Origin: a bacterium
GTDB taxonomy: Bacteria; Patescibacteriota; Minisyncoccia; Phycocordibacterales; UBA918
DNA length: 64,000 bases
Direction of reading: 5' to 3'
Assembly: GCA_002710785.1 (NCBI GenBank)
Contig: PAMC01000018.1
Location: forward strand, 10,515 to 74,514
The notes below the pieces were generated by a model, which searched no databases, was not told the origin of the DNA, and saw nothing but the letters and a program-made list of their open reading frames with translations. A program made the translations under genes and the position numbers. Position 1 is the stretch's first letter; each line of letters begins with the position of its first letter. Shown here one piece after another: positions 17,589-27,859 of the stretch.

Positions 17589-19127
17589 CTACGCCTCGGC
17601 TGCTCGCTCAAGCGCACTACGAATGCGTCGCTTAGCGAGCGAAGTTTTAGCGCCATCGAGCCACTTCTGTGTTGGTTTGGCTCCTTTGCGGGTCTCAATT
17701 TCTACAATATCACCGTTATGCAGTTCGCTATCGAGACTTACCAATTTTTGGTTTACCTTGGCACCTGACATTTTGTCGCCAATCTCGGAGTGAATCGCGT
17801 AAGCAAAATCGATCGGAGAGGCACCGCGGGGCAGGTCGACTACGTCGCCGTTGGGGGTAAAGACAAAGATCCGGTCGTGGAAGAAGTCGGTCCGCATATC
17901 GTCGACAAACTCTTGGCTGGAGCTCTTTTCGTGTGTATACATCTCGCCAATCTGGCTAATCCAGGCCGGAATCTTTTCGCGGTGTGGGGTATCTTTAGAA
18001 ATTTCTGTCTCTTGGCGCTTTTGCTCACGCCAGATAAACGGCCGAAAGAGCGACGGCGCCATTTTGCTAAACCACGAACCACCAGCCAGGTCGGTGTCCT
18101 TAGATTTGTAGATGAGGTGTGAGGCTACACCGTACTCAGCTTCGTGGTGCATGGTCTGGGTACGAATTTGGACCTCGAGAATATTCTCCGCCGGCGTGGT
18201 GACAGTGGTGTGGATCGACTGGTAGCCGTTGGGCTTCGGGAAGGCAATGTAGTCTTTCATGCGGCCCGGCAGTGGTCGCCAAATTTTGTGAATGATACCC
18301 AATGCGCGGTAACACTCCTCAACGTTAGGTACCACAACGCGCAGCGCTAAGAGGTCGTAGATAAGATCAAGGTTCCACTCTTTACGCTTGAGCTTGTGGT
18401 AGAGGCTGTACATCCCCTTAACGCGGTATGATGTTTGAAAATCGCGTAGACCAGCGTCAGCGAGCTCTTTCTGAAGACTCTTTCGCTCTTTCTCCAAGAC
18501 CTCGTCAGCTTTGCCGACCACCCGCCTGATGGTCTCTTGTACGCGCTCGTACTCCTCGGGGTAGACGTAGGGGAAGGCAAGGTCCTCGAGCTCTTTGCGA
18601 ATACGGCCCATACCGAGCCGGTGCGCGACTGGCACGTAAATTTCGAGTGTCTCGCGCGCAATACGCAGCTGCTTTTCTTCAGACACGTACTGGAGCGTCT
18701 GCATGTTGTGCAAACGGTCCACTAATTTAATGATGAGCACGCGAATGTCTTGGCTGGTCGCAACAAACAGCTTGCGCAGCGACTCGTTGTGACGGTCGGT
18801 ACCGTAGTAGCGCACTGAGGAGAGCTTGGTGACGCCCTCAACCAAAAAGAGAATTTCGTCGCCAAACTCCTCGCGGATCTGCTCGTCCGTTACCTCGGTA
18901 TCTTCGATGGTGTCGTGCAGGAGGCCAGCGGTAATGGTGCGCGGACCCATTCCCATATCAGCCAAGCGCAGCGCAACTGAGGCAACATGGCTCATGTACG
19001 GGTCACCCGAGTAGCGCTTGTGCCCCTCATGCGCGCGCTCAGCCATCTGGTAGGCCTTCTCGATAATCTTTTTGTCAGCCTCGGTTGGGTTGTTGAGGTG
19101 ACCGATGATTTCGGTTGCGGTAACCAT
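17589..19127 (-). CDS. RelA/SpoT family (p)ppGpp hydrolase/synthetase with TGS domain
   Basis: 'LLHDTIED', 'DRLHN', 'KPNGYQSIHT', 'EVQIRT', TGS 'DFAYAIHS'. Confidence 0.93.
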   Translation of the reverse strand: MVTATEIIGHLNNPTEADKKIIEKAYQMAERAHEGHKRYSGDPYMSHVASVALRLADMGMGPRTITAGLLHDTIEDTEVTDEQIREEFGDEILFLVEGVTKLSSVRYYGTDRHNESLRKLFVATSQDIRVLIIKLVDRLHNMQTLQYVSEEKQLRIARETLEIYVPVAHRLGMGRIRKELEDLAFPYVYPEEYERVQETIRRVVGKADEVLEKERKSLQKELADAGLRDFQTSYRVKGMYSLYHKLKRKEWNLDLIYDLLALRVVVPNVEECYRALGIIHKIWRPLPGRMKDYIAFPKPNGYQSIHTTVTTPAENILEVQIRTQTMHHEAEYGVASHLIYKSKDTDLAGGSWFSKMAPSLFRPFIWREQKRQETEISKDTPHREKIPAWISQIGEMYTHEKSSSQEFVDDMRTDFFHDRIFVFTPNGDVVDLPRGASPIDFAYAIHSEIGDKMSGAKVNQKLVSLDSELHNGDIVEIETRKGAKPTQKWLDGAKTSLAKRRIRSALERAAEA

Positions 19128-19169
19128 AAATGCATTATGGTACTGCAAATGCAGTTTGGCAAGCCCGAG

Positions 19170-21542
19170 CTACTGCTTCAACCACTCGACCGCATCTTCC
19201 ACGGTGAATTTATCGATATCTAAATCGTCAGGCAAGTTAATTCGCTTAAAGCCCTTGCGCAGGTAGCGACCCGACTTACTCCCGTACACATTGATGAGTT
19301 TGCGGGTTTTTGGGTGAATACCCACTTCTTTAACCAGCTTCTCACCCTTTCGCAGCTGCTTTGGCTCGCTGAGAATTTCCATCGCGCGCTCAAAGGTGAT
19401 GGAGTACGGATCGTCCTCTCCCTTAAGTGAGCGGAAGTCGCCGGCATGCCCGATGTACGGTCCGTACTGGCCGGTGTTAGCAATGACGGGCTCGCCGGTC
19501 TTAGGGTGTTCGCCGAGCTCACGGGGCAGCAACAAGAGCTTAACCGCCAGCTCGATCGTGACGTCCTCAGGCGATACATCTTTGGGTAGTCCGGCACGAC
19601 GTGGCTTCTCGGCTTTTTCCTTACTACCTTTCTTGCCTTTCTCTGGCGTGGCACCAAGCTGCACGTATGGTCCGTAGCGGCCGTTTAAGACAAAAATCGG
19701 CTGCCCGGTCTCAGGATGGTTTCCGATTGGCTCGTCGTCTTTGATCTCGCTACCGTCAACGAGGCGAGCGCCATCGCAGTCGGGGAATCGCTCACACGAG
19801 AGGAAGGTGCCGTTCTTGCCAAGCTTGCGCACCATGGCAGCGCCACACTCTGGGCACGGAAATTCCTTCGGGCCGGGGCCAAGGTTGGTGAGTTTCTCGA
19901 TGTCCTCCTTGGCAGCGACCGCTTTGTGGAAAGGTTTGTAGAAGTCGCTGAGCGTCTTCTGGTATTTGCGCTCACCGGTGGCGATATCGTCGAGCTGATC
20001 TTCCATCTCACTGGTAAAATCGTCGTCGATGTAGTCGGCAAAGTGCTCTTCGAGGAAGCTCGACACAACGTCGCCGGTGTCGGTTGGAATGAGCGTACGC
20101 CCGTCTTTCTCGACGTAGCCACGGTCGATGATGGTCTTCATGATCGAGGCATACGTTGATGGGCGGCCAATACCACGCTTCTCGAGCTCTTTAATGAGAC
20201 CAGCTTCCGTGTAGCGATTGGGCGGCTGCGTTTCTTTAGCTTCAATGTCGACATCAGAAACTGCCAGCGCCTCACCTGCTGTCACCTTCGGTACTTCCGT
20301 GTCCTCACCGCGCGCAGCTGGGTCCACCTTAAGCCAGCCATCAAATACCACGCGCGAGCCGTTCACCGCAAAGTCAGGAATCGACTCTGTTGCTCCCGTA
20401 ACGTTCGCGAGTACTTTCGTGCGCTCTAGTTTAGCGTCGGTCATCTGCGAGGCAACGGCCCGGGCCCAGATAAGCTCGTAGAGTGCTTTTTGGTCAGCTG
20501 TGGCACCGGCTTGCTGCTTGGCAAAGTTGGTCGGCCGAATTGCCTCGTGCGCTTCCTGCGCTGCTTTGCTTTTGGTGCTGTACGTACGTGGGGCGACGTA
20601 CTCCTTGCCGTACTCATTGTGCACGAGAGCAATAATTTGCTTCTGCGCGATATCACTCATGTTAGTGCTGTCGGTACGCATGTAGGTGATGTGCCCAGCC
20701 TCGTACAGTTTCTGTGCCGCGCCCATGGTACGGCTTGGGGTAAAACCAAGACGGGTTGAGGCTGTTTGCTGCATGGTTGAGGTGGTAAACGGTGCACGAG
20801 GACTACGCTTAGCCTCACTCTCCTTAACCCCAACAATCTGCCAGTCGTGTGACTCACCGACTGCTTTAATACGCTCGGCCTCTTTGGCTTCACCAGGCTC
20901 TTCAACACAAGTGAACGGTACGGCCTTTTTGTCGATCGTGCAGTTGGCTGTGAGTACGAAGTAGTCATCTGGTTTAAAGGCACGGATTTCTCGCTCGCGC
21001 TCCATCACAATGCGCAGTGCTGGCGACTGCACGCGCCCGGCTGAGAGCCCGTAGCGAACCTTCTTCCAAATCAGCCCAGAGAGATCGTATCCGACCAAAC
21101 GGTCGAGGACGCGACGGGCCTCTTGAGCCTCTCGCAAGTGGGTATCAATTTTGCGGGGGTGCTTAATCGCCTCGGTCACCGCTGGTTCGGTAATTTCGTG
21201 AAAGACCACGCGTTTGAGGTTTTTGTTGGTGTCTTTTAGTAGCTCAGCGACGTGCCAGGCGATGGCCTCACCCTCGCGGTCGGGGTCAGAGGCCAGCAGG
21301 ACCTCGTCGACTTTTTTGGCTGCTTTCTGTAGCTCTTCAATCACTTTTTCTTTGCCGGGCGAGATGATGTAGCGCGGCACGAACCCGCCATCGATATCGA
21401 CCGCGTCCTTATTGCTCTTGGGGAGGTCGCGTACGTGCCCAATCGAGGACTTTACGGTGTATCCATCACCCAAATATTTTTCGATAGTCTTGGCTTTGGC
21501 AGGTGACTCAACGATCACCAACGTGCCTTTTTTGCTATTCAT
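19170..21542 (-). CDS. topA: DNA topoisomerase I
   Basis: 'IVESPAKAKTI', 'DPDREGE', 'SAGRVQS', 'ITYMRTDS'; C-terminal Zn finger and repeats. Confidence 0.97.
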   Translation of the reverse strand: MNSKKGTLVIVESPAKAKTIEKYLGDGYTVKSSIGHVRDLPKSNKDAVDIDGGFVPRYIISPGKEKVIEELQKAAKKVDEVLLASDPDREGEAIAWHVAELLKDTNKNLKRVVFHEITEPAVTEAIKHPRKIDTHLREAQEARRVLDRLVGYDLSGLIWKKVRYGLSAGRVQSPALRIVMEREREIRAFKPDDYFVLTANCTIDKKAVPFTCVEEPGEAKEAERIKAVGESHDWQIVGVKESEAKRSPRAPFTTSTMQQTASTRLGFTPSRTMGAAQKLYEAGHITYMRTDSTNMSDIAQKQIIALVHNEYGKEYVAPRTYSTKSKAAQEAHEAIRPTNFAKQQAGATADQKALYELIWARAVASQMTDAKLERTKVLANVTGATESIPDFAVNGSRVVFDGWLKVDPAARGEDTEVPKVTAGEALAVSDVDIEAKETQPPNRYTEAGLIKELEKRGIGRPSTYASIMKTIIDRGYVEKDGRTLIPTDTGDVVSSFLEEHFADYIDDDFTSEMEDQLDDIATGERKYQKTLSDFYKPFHKAVAAKEDIEKLTNLGPGPKEFPCPECGAAMVRKLGKNGTFLSCERFPDCDGARLVDGSEIKDDEPIGNHPETGQPIFVLNGRYGPYVQLGATPEKGKKGSKEKAEKPRRAGLPKDVSPEDVTIELAVKLLLLPRELGEHPKTGEPVIANTGQYGPYIGHAGDFRSLKGEDDPYSITFERAMEILSEPKQLRKGEKLVKEVGIHPKTRKLINVYGSKSGRYLRKGFKRINLPDDLDIDKFTVEDAVEWLKQ

Positions 21543-21850
21543 CCCGCTAGAGATTAGAAAGTTAGACTCTGCTTGAAATAAATATTTCCCAAACAGGTAT
21601 ATCAAACAGCTAATAATTTGAACCCGTACTGAAACCAAAGGTTTTGATCTCTAACGGTACTCATGTCCGCTAACAAATACTACCGATACATATATATGTC
21701 AAACCCAACCCTTACTTTTGTGAAGTGGAACGTTACTGTTTTATGTGTACTCATCAAAGAATCTATCAACCTTCTACCCACTATTTTATTAGACAAATCT
21801 TTTCCACAGGCTACATCACAAAAGTAAGAGTGGGTTCAAACCATAACCAC

Positions 21851-22717
21851 TCACAACCGCCGATAGACGCCGTCAGTTTCGGCTACGTGGCCAGTAAGCT
21901 CAAGCTCCATCAAGAGTACGTTTGCCTGTTCAGTCGGCAGGCTACTGCGGCGGATGAGCTCATCTTTTTCGAGTGGCTCGCTGAGTAAACTAAGTAGCGC
22001 TTGGGCGGCGGGCGCGACAGCGCCCGCCGCCGGATCTGCTGCCAGGTGCGCAGCCGGCGTGGGTGTCAGGCGCAGCGCATCAATAACATCATTTGCTTCG
22101 GTCAAGGGTGCTGCGCCGAGCTTGAGAAACTGGTTCGTCCCGCGGCTCATGGGCGAAAAGATGTCACCGGGTACGACAAACAACTCGCGGTTGTAGTCGG
22201 TTGCCATTCGCGCCGTAATCAGCGAGCCAGACTGCTCAGCTGCTTCGATAATGATGGTGGCGTCACACAGCCCACAGACAATCCGGTTGCGCTGCGGGAA
22301 GGTCCAGCGTGCGACGCGTTGAGTAGCTGGAAACTCAGACAGGAGCGCACCACCCGCTTCGAGTATGCGGTAGGCCAAGCGTTTATGTCGGGCGGGGTAG
22401 AGGACACTGTCGTCTAAGCCGCCACCCGGCACCGCTAGAGTGTAGAGCTGGTGGCGTAGCGCTGCTTCGTGCGCGAGCCCGTCGATACCAATCGCAAGCC
22501 CCGAGACAATACCAACCTGGTAGCCAGCCAGGCCGGCAATAATGTGCTCGACGACGGCCTTGCCGTAGCTGGTGTACTGCCGCGAGCCAACGACCGCGAT
22601 GAGCGGCACGTCGGTGGGTGGCAGGGTGCCACGGTAGTTAAGCTCTTTTGGCGGTTGCGGAATTTCTTTGAGCAGCGCCGGGACAGTGTTTAAGGTCTCT
22701 ATCGGATACGTCTCCAT
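21851..22717 (-). CDS. dprA: DNA processing protein DprA
   Basis: 'AVVGSR', 'IVSGLAIGID', 'FPQRNRI', 'SGSLITA'. Confidence 0.95.
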   Translation of the reverse strand: METYPIETLNTVPALLKEIPQPPKELNYRGTLPPTDVPLIAVVGSRQYTSYGKAVVEHIIAGLAGYQVGIVSGLAIGIDGLAHEAALRHQLYTLAVPGGGLDDSVLYPARHKRLAYRILEAGGALLSEFPATQRVARWTFPQRNRIVCGLCDATIIIEAAEQSGSLITARMATDYNRELFVVPGDIFSPMSRGTNQFLKLGAAPLTEANDVIDALRLTPTPAAHLAADPAAGAVAPAAQALLSLLSEPLEKDELIRRSSLPTEQANVLLMELELTGHVAETDGVYRRL

Positions 22718-22779
22718 ACACTAAATAGTAGCGCAGATCATCTTTGTTTTAGAGGTGGATGCGGTATAATCGAGCCACT

Positions 22780-24051
22780 ATGTTGGATATTAAGTTTATT
22801 CGGGAAAACCTCGAGCTAGTGGAAATGGCCGCTGCTAAGAAGCATATAGCGGTGGACCTCAAACGGCTTATTAAGCTCGATGATGAGCGGCGTGAGATTA
22901 CGCAGCGTCTGGAAGAGAAGCGTGCGGAGCAGAACAAAGTCTCAGAGCAAATTCCGAGCGCGAGCGCAGAAGAGAAGCAGTCGCTCATTGCGAGCATGCA
23001 AGAGGTAAAGACGGCCGTACAGGCCGACGAGGAGGCGCTCAGGCCAGTTATGGAAGAGTGGCGCACGCTCATGTTGCAGGTGCCACAAATTCCCGATATG
23101 ACGGTCCCGGAGGGTGAGAGCGACGAGGATAATGAGGAGGTGCGCACCTGGGGTGAGCAAACGACTTTCGACTTCGAGCCCAAAGATCACATCGAGCTCA
23201 TGACCGCACTTAAGATGGTTGACTTCGAGCGCGGTACCAAAGTGCACGGCTTTCGGGGTTACTACCTCTTGGGCGACGGTGCTCGTCTCACCTGGGCTAT
23301 CTGGAACTACGCCAACCAGTTTTTTATGGAGAAAGGATTTACTCCGATGATTCCACCGACCATCGTCCGCAAAGAGAACTTCTACGGCACCGGCCACTTG
23401 CCAAACGAAGCAGAAGACCTCTACGAAACCCAAGACGGCGACAGCTTAACCGGCACGAGCGAGGTCTCTGCCATGGGGTACTACCGAGACGAGATACTCG
23501 ACAAAGCCCAGCTGCCAACGACGTTTCTAGCATTCTCTCCATGTTACCGGCGCGAGGCGGGGAGTCATGGTAAAGACACAAAAGGTCTCATCCGCGTACA
23601 TGAGTTTTACAAGCTCGAGCAGGTGGTACTCTGCGAAGCCTCACACGAAGAGAGTGTGCGCTGGCACGAGCAGATTACCGCTAACTCAGAAGAGTTTATG
23701 CAGTCGCTTGGTATTCCGTACCACGTTGTCGTTAATTGTGGTGGCGACTTAGGGCAAGGACAGGTCAAGAAATACGACATCGAAGCCTGGGTCCCGAAGG
23801 AAGGTAAGTATCGTGAGACCCATTCATCTTCGTACTTCCACGATTTTCAAACCCGACGCTTTAACATCCGCTACAAAGACGAAGATGGTACTGTGCGCTA
23901 CGCTCACTCGCTCAACAACACCGCCATCGCAGCACCGCGCATCCTCGTTTCTTTGCTAGAAAACTTCCAGCAAGCCGACGGAAGCATCGCCATTCCCGCA
24001 CCGTTAGTACCGTTTTTCGGGAAAGATCGGATCGAGCTGCCGACTCGCTGA
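22780..24051 (+). CDS. serS: Serine--tRNA ligase
   Basis: 'MLDIKFIREN', coiled coil, 'YRREAGS.G.DT.GL.RVHEF.K', 'NNT'. Confidence 0.97.
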   Translation: MLDIKFIRENLELVEMAAAKKHIAVDLKRLIKLDDERREITQRLEEKRAEQNKVSEQIPSASAEEKQSLIASMQEVKTAVQADEEALRPVMEEWRTLMLQVPQIPDMTVPEGESDEDNEEVRTWGEQTTFDFEPKDHIELMTALKMVDFERGTKVHGFRGYYLLGDGARLTWAIWNYANQFFMEKGFTPMIPPTIVRKENFYGTGHLPNEAEDLYETQDGDSLTGTSEVSAMGYYRDEILDKAQLPTTFLAFSPCYRREAGSHGKDTKGLIRVHEFYKLEQVVLCEASHEESVRWHEQITANSEEFMQSLGIPYHVVVNCGGDLGQGQVKKYDIEAWVPKEGKYRETHSSSYFHDFQTRRFNIRYKDEDGTVRYAHSLNNTAIAAPRILVSLLENFQQADGSIAIPAPLVPFFGKDRIELPTR

Positions 24052-24070
24052 CGTGCTACCATAGGCCCGT

Positions 24071-24937
24071 ATGAGCAGATGGGCCAAAACCAAACGAACA
24101 CAGCGTACCAGCGACCCAGCCAAGCGTATGATCGTGCGGCAGGTCATCATCGGTGTCTTGCTGCTGGCACTTTTAGCACTCGCTGTAACTGGTGTGTGGC
24201 ATCTAACCCGCGCGCCTGCGCTCACGATAAGCGAGGTCACCGCCGCAGGCGGCCTCACTATAGCTCCAGCTACGGTGGTTGAGACTGTCGAAGCGGAGCT
24301 GGTTGGTACCTACTACCGCCTGATCCCCAAGCGCTTTAGCTACCTCTACCCCAAAGGTCGTATGCTCGAGCGCCTAGAGCAGATTCCGCGCATTAAAGAT
24401 TTTGCTATCAAGCGCACGGAGCGCACGAAGCTCCACATTACGTTTACCGAGTACGAACCGTACGCACTGTGGTGTGATGGTGAGGAACGCAACTGCGTAT
24501 TTATAGACGACACCGGCTACGGATTTGCAGACGCCCCAGAGCTCTCGGGCGGAACGTTTATCCGCTACCAAAATGCGTCGCAGGCGCCGGCTGTTGGGCA
24601 GGCGGGTGTTCCTTCTACCGTCTTACTCACTGCGTCGAGTTTTGTCGATACTGCCAGTGCAGCGTTTGGCTTCCGTCCACAGACCGTTTGGTTTGACGAT
24701 CGCGACGTTGTCTACCGACTCGGCGGCGGTGGCGAAATTCGCACCAGTCGCGCCGATACACTCGGCACCACCCTCGCCAATTTGGAAACCATTCTCGCCA
24801 GCGAGCAGTTTGCTCATCTAGCGCCAGGCAATTTTGAGTACATCGACCTCCGCTACGGCAACAAGGTGTTTGTGCAAGAAGCGGTACTAGAAGTGGCAAC
24901 CAGCACCTCTAGTTCGACACAACCAGTAGGCGAGTGA
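24071..24937 (+). CDS. FtsQ/DivIB-like cell division protein
   Basis: Basic N-terminus, single TM, POTRA-like region, C-terminal 'YIDLRYGNKVF'. Confidence 0.7.
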   Translation: MSRWAKTKRTQRTSDPAKRMIVRQVIIGVLLLALLALAVTGVWHLTRAPALTISEVTAAGGLTIAPATVVETVEAELVGTYYRLIPKRFSYLYPKGRMLERLEQIPRIKDFAIKRTERTKLHITFTEYEPYALWCDGEERNCVFIDDTGYGFADAPELSGGTFIRYQNASQAPAVGQAGVPSTVLLTASSFVDTASAAFGFRPQTVWFDDRDVVYRLGGGGEIRTSRADTLGTTLANLETILASEQFAHLAPGNFEYIDLRYGNKVFVQEAVLEVATSTSSSTQPVGE

Positions 24938-24939
24938 CG

Positions 24940-24979
24940 GCTCACAAAATACCTCAGTTAACTGAGGTATTTTGTGAGC
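24940..24979. repeat. Perfect 40-bp palindrome with no spacer
   Basis: GCTCACAAAATACCTCAGTT|AACTGAGGTATTTTGTGAGC. Confidence 0.9.
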
Positions 24980-25269
24980 AACAAAAAAGCCGCGGTCAGA
25001 AACCGCAGCATCCAAGTGACTTACCCCTCCGCGCTCTTTTTTCGAACCCCTTCTAGATGTTGGACGATTTGAGTTGTTGCCCAAATCAGAGTGCCAAACA
25101 GAGCAAGTGGAAAGGACAAAGAAGCTTTCGGATTCGAGCTGCTTACTCGTCCATTCAGGGAATACCTTGTAGAAAAAAGGAATCGTCACAAATCCAGTCA
25201 GGTATAGCCAAAGGTGTGACATTGCTGAGCCCTTGCATTGTTGTGTCTGGTTTGTACAATGCCACGACT

Positions 25270-26352
25270 ATGAACTTCTGGCAACAGCTCGAAAAACCGT
25301 TTTTAGCGGTAGCGCCGATGGCGGACGTGACCGACGCGGCTTTTCGCCGTCTAATTGCAAAATACTCAGAGTTTCCTGGCCGGAGCGACGTTGTCATGTG
25401 GACGGAATTTGTCGCGGCTGACGGCCTGGTGCGCGCCACCCCCGAAGGCAAGGAGAAGCTGATGGCTGATCTTATATATACCGACGAGGAGCGACCAATC
25501 GTGGCGCAGCTTTTCTCCAGCACACCGGAGCATATGGAGTACGCTGCGAAGCTATGTCTTGAGTTAGGGTTTGACGGCATCGACATTAACATGGGTTGCC
25601 CCGACCGCTCGATTGAGAAACAGGGTTGTGGCTCAGCCATGATCAAGACGCCCGACGTGGCCCTTGAGGTTATCGCGGCGGCAAAGCGAGGCGCCAAGAG
25701 CGAGAAAGGTGGTATTCCGGTGAGCGTAAAGACTCGCTTGGGGTACCTCGAAGACGAGGTTGAGACTTGGATACCAACGCTCTTACGGGCAGCGCCGGCG
25801 GCCCTTACCATCCATGCGCGTACGCGCAAAGACATGAGCAAAGTACCAGCCCGCTGGGAACGTATTGCGCGCGTCGTGGAGCTGCGCGATGCGCTCAGCC
25901 CCGACACGAAAATAATTGGCAATGGCGATGTCTTGAGCCAGGCTGATGCAGCGCAAAAGCTTGCTGCGTGCGGCGCCGACGGCGCTATGGTCGGCCGCGC
26001 GCTGTTTGGTAACCCATGGTTTTTTCACCCCACGAAGCGTGTGCCGCTCAAGCTCTTGGCCTTGCCAACGCATGGCGTTAACCGCGATGAGATTATTGTG
26101 GCTGATAAGAGTGAAGTAGGTGTGAAGTACGTCTCCATGGAGGAGCGCTTGCGAGTGATGGTCGAGCACAGCTACCTCTTTGCTGAGCTCCTGCCATTTA
26201 AAAGTTTTGCCACCATGAAAAAGCACTACAAAGCCTACGTGCACGGCTTTCCGGGCGCAGCGCAGCTGCGGGCTCGGTTGATGGAGGAGGGCAACTCGCC
26301 AGACAAAGTTGAAGTAGTTGTTTTAGATTTCATTGCAGAAATTAATAATTGA
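25270..26352 (+). CDS. tRNA-dihydrouridine synthase
   Basis: 'APMADVTD', 'IDINMGCP', 'VSVKTRLG', 'HART', 'GNGDV'. Confidence 0.93.
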   Translation: MNFWQQLEKPFLAVAPMADVTDAAFRRLIAKYSEFPGRSDVVMWTEFVAADGLVRATPEGKEKLMADLIYTDEERPIVAQLFSSTPEHMEYAAKLCLELGFDGIDINMGCPDRSIEKQGCGSAMIKTPDVALEVIAAAKRGAKSEKGGIPVSVKTRLGYLEDEVETWIPTLLRAAPAALTIHARTRKDMSKVPARWERIARVVELRDALSPDTKIIGNGDVLSQADAAQKLAACGADGAMVGRALFGNPWFFHPTKRVPLKLLALPTHGVNRDEIIVADKSEVGVKYVSMEERLRVMVEHSYLFAELLPFKSFATMKKHYKAYVHGFPGAAQLRARLMEEGNSPDKVEVVVLDFIAEINN

Positions 26353-26388
26353 CGTAATCTAGTCTCAGCACAAAAAGGAGATAGAAGG

Positions 26389-26949
26389 TTGATCTCTAAA
26401 TCGTTAAAGCACCACCGCCTAGTGATCGAGAGTAACGCTCTTGAAGGCATAAGCGCGGTCAAGGGTCTGTACTATGAGGCACATATGCGTGCGGCCTGCC
26501 AGGTCGAAGTTTCGCCACACTACTACCTGAGTAAACCACTGGAGCTCCATAAACTCTTTAGAGGTGTTCTTGAGATCGGTGTTGTGGCCGGCCAGTACCG
26601 AAGCAGTGAAGCATTCGTGACCAACCAGCCATTGCCGAGCCCGACCGCTGTTCCGATTTTGATGGAAGAATGGCTAGCGCAAGTAAGTCGGTCGCTAGAT
26701 GTCTGCAAATCAGGTTCGGCGGATGCTTTGCAGTCTGCTCATATTGTTCATTACGAGTTCCTGTGCATACATCCTTTCGGCGACGGTAACGGACGATGTG
26801 CCCGATTACTAATGAACGCATTCTTGGGTGCTCTGGATCTGCCTTGGTATATCGTCGACCAAGACGGTAAGTCAGAGTACCTAAGCACTTTGCGTAGATA
26901 TGAAAATCGAGACTTCCGCCCAAAACACTTGCAACACTATGCGGCCTAG
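26389..26949 (+). CDS. Fic family protein
   Basis: Canonical 'HPFGDGNGRCAR'. Confidence 0.88.
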   Translation: MISKSLKHHRLVIESNALEGISAVKGLYYEAHMRAACQVEVSPHYYLSKPLELHKLFRGVLEIGVVAGQYRSSEAFVTNQPLPSPTAVPILMEEWLAQVSRSLDVCKSGSADALQSAHIVHYEFLCIHPFGDGNGRCARLLMNAFLGALDLPWYIVDQDGKSEYLSTLRRYENRDFRPKHLQHYAA

Positions 26950-27007
26950 GCCGCATTTTTTTATATACAGAACGTTGATTCGTTGAAAGATGCGATATAC
27001 TTAACTA

Positions 27008-27262
27008 ATGGAAATGACAGAAGTGTTGCACGCGAATATCTTTTTCATCATCGCGTCGGTAGGAGTGGTGTTGTTTATAATTATTACCAGCCTTATTCTT
27101 TACCACGTGCTTAAGGTAGTGCGGGCGGTTCGACGTATTGTCGAACGGGTGGAGCGGGGTAGCGAGGTGCTGGCTGAAGACATCGAAGACATTCGCCACA
27201 ACCTCAACCCAACTCGACTGATTGGCTTTATCATGAGTATTATCCCCGGGATTAAGCGATAG
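27008..27262 (+). CDS. Small membrane protein (TM + coiled coil)
   Basis: Hydrophobic N-terminal half followed by coiled coil. Confidence 0.65.
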   Translation: MEMTEVLHANIFFIIASVGVVLFIIITSLILYHVLKVVRAVRRIVERVERGSEVLAEDIEDIRHNLNPTRLIGFIMSIIPGIKR

Positions 27263-27303
27263 TGCGTGGGCACCCGGTAAATTACTCTGTATACTGCTGA
27301 CAT

Positions 27304-27783
27304 ATGGCAAAGAAAGCAACAAAGAAGACTGCAAAAAAAGCGAAAAGCTTGAGTACGCAACAGAAGGTTGGAATTGGTGTTGGACTCACCACCGCGGCAG
27401 TGGCCGCAGCCGGTGCGTACTTCCTCTACGGGAGTGCCGACGCTAAGAAGAATCGCCAAAAGGTAAAGAGTTGGACGCTCAAGGCCAAAGCTGAAGTGCT
27501 CGAGACGCTCGAGAAAGCACATGAGATGACCGAGGAGGAGTACGACAAGCTCATCGACACTGTGAGTGGTGCGTACAGCCGCCTTAAGGATGCGAGCAAA
27601 GCTGACATCGCTACCTTTAAGCGCGAGATGAAGCATCATTGGAAGGGGATTGAGAAAGTGGCCAAGCCAGCTAAAAAGAAAGCAGCCAAGAAAGCGAAAA
27701 AGGCTACAAAGAAAGCGAAAAAGGCAACCAAAAAAACCACTAAGAAGACTGCCAAGAAGAAGACCACCAGAAAGAAATCATAA
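27304..27783 (+). CDS. YtxH-like protein with Lys/Ala-rich histone-H1-like tails
   Basis: 'AAAGAYFLYG' TM, helical core, KKAAKKAKKATKK repeats. Confidence 0.7.
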   Translation: MAKKATKKTAKKAKSLSTQQKVGIGVGLTTAAVAAAGAYFLYGSADAKKNRQKVKSWTLKAKAEVLETLEKAHEMTEEEYDKLIDTVSGAYSRLKDASKADIATFKREMKHHWKGIEKVAKPAKKKAAKKAKKATKKAKKATKKTTKKTAKKKTTRKKS

Positions 27784-27822
27784 ACAAAAAGCCCGCGACC
27801 TCTGGCCGCGGGCTTTTTGTTT
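27782..27822 (+). terminator. Intrinsic terminator
   Basis: AAACAAAAAGCCCGCG...CGCGGGCTTTTTGTTT. Confidence 0.75.
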
Positions 27823-27859
27823 TGTTTCAGTAGTTTGGGCAGGGTATACTACTCTCACT

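Noticed and set aside
21545-21850. Replication origin between topA and dprA
   Set aside because: AT-rich, but only one imperfect DnaA-box-like 9-mer (TTTTCCACA) and no dnaA nearby
25057-25269. Extended N-termini of dus (also dnaX 27650, topA 21638, pyk 36112, Abi 4310)
   Set aside because: Family homology begins at downstream ATGs, most of which have adjacent -10-like boxes
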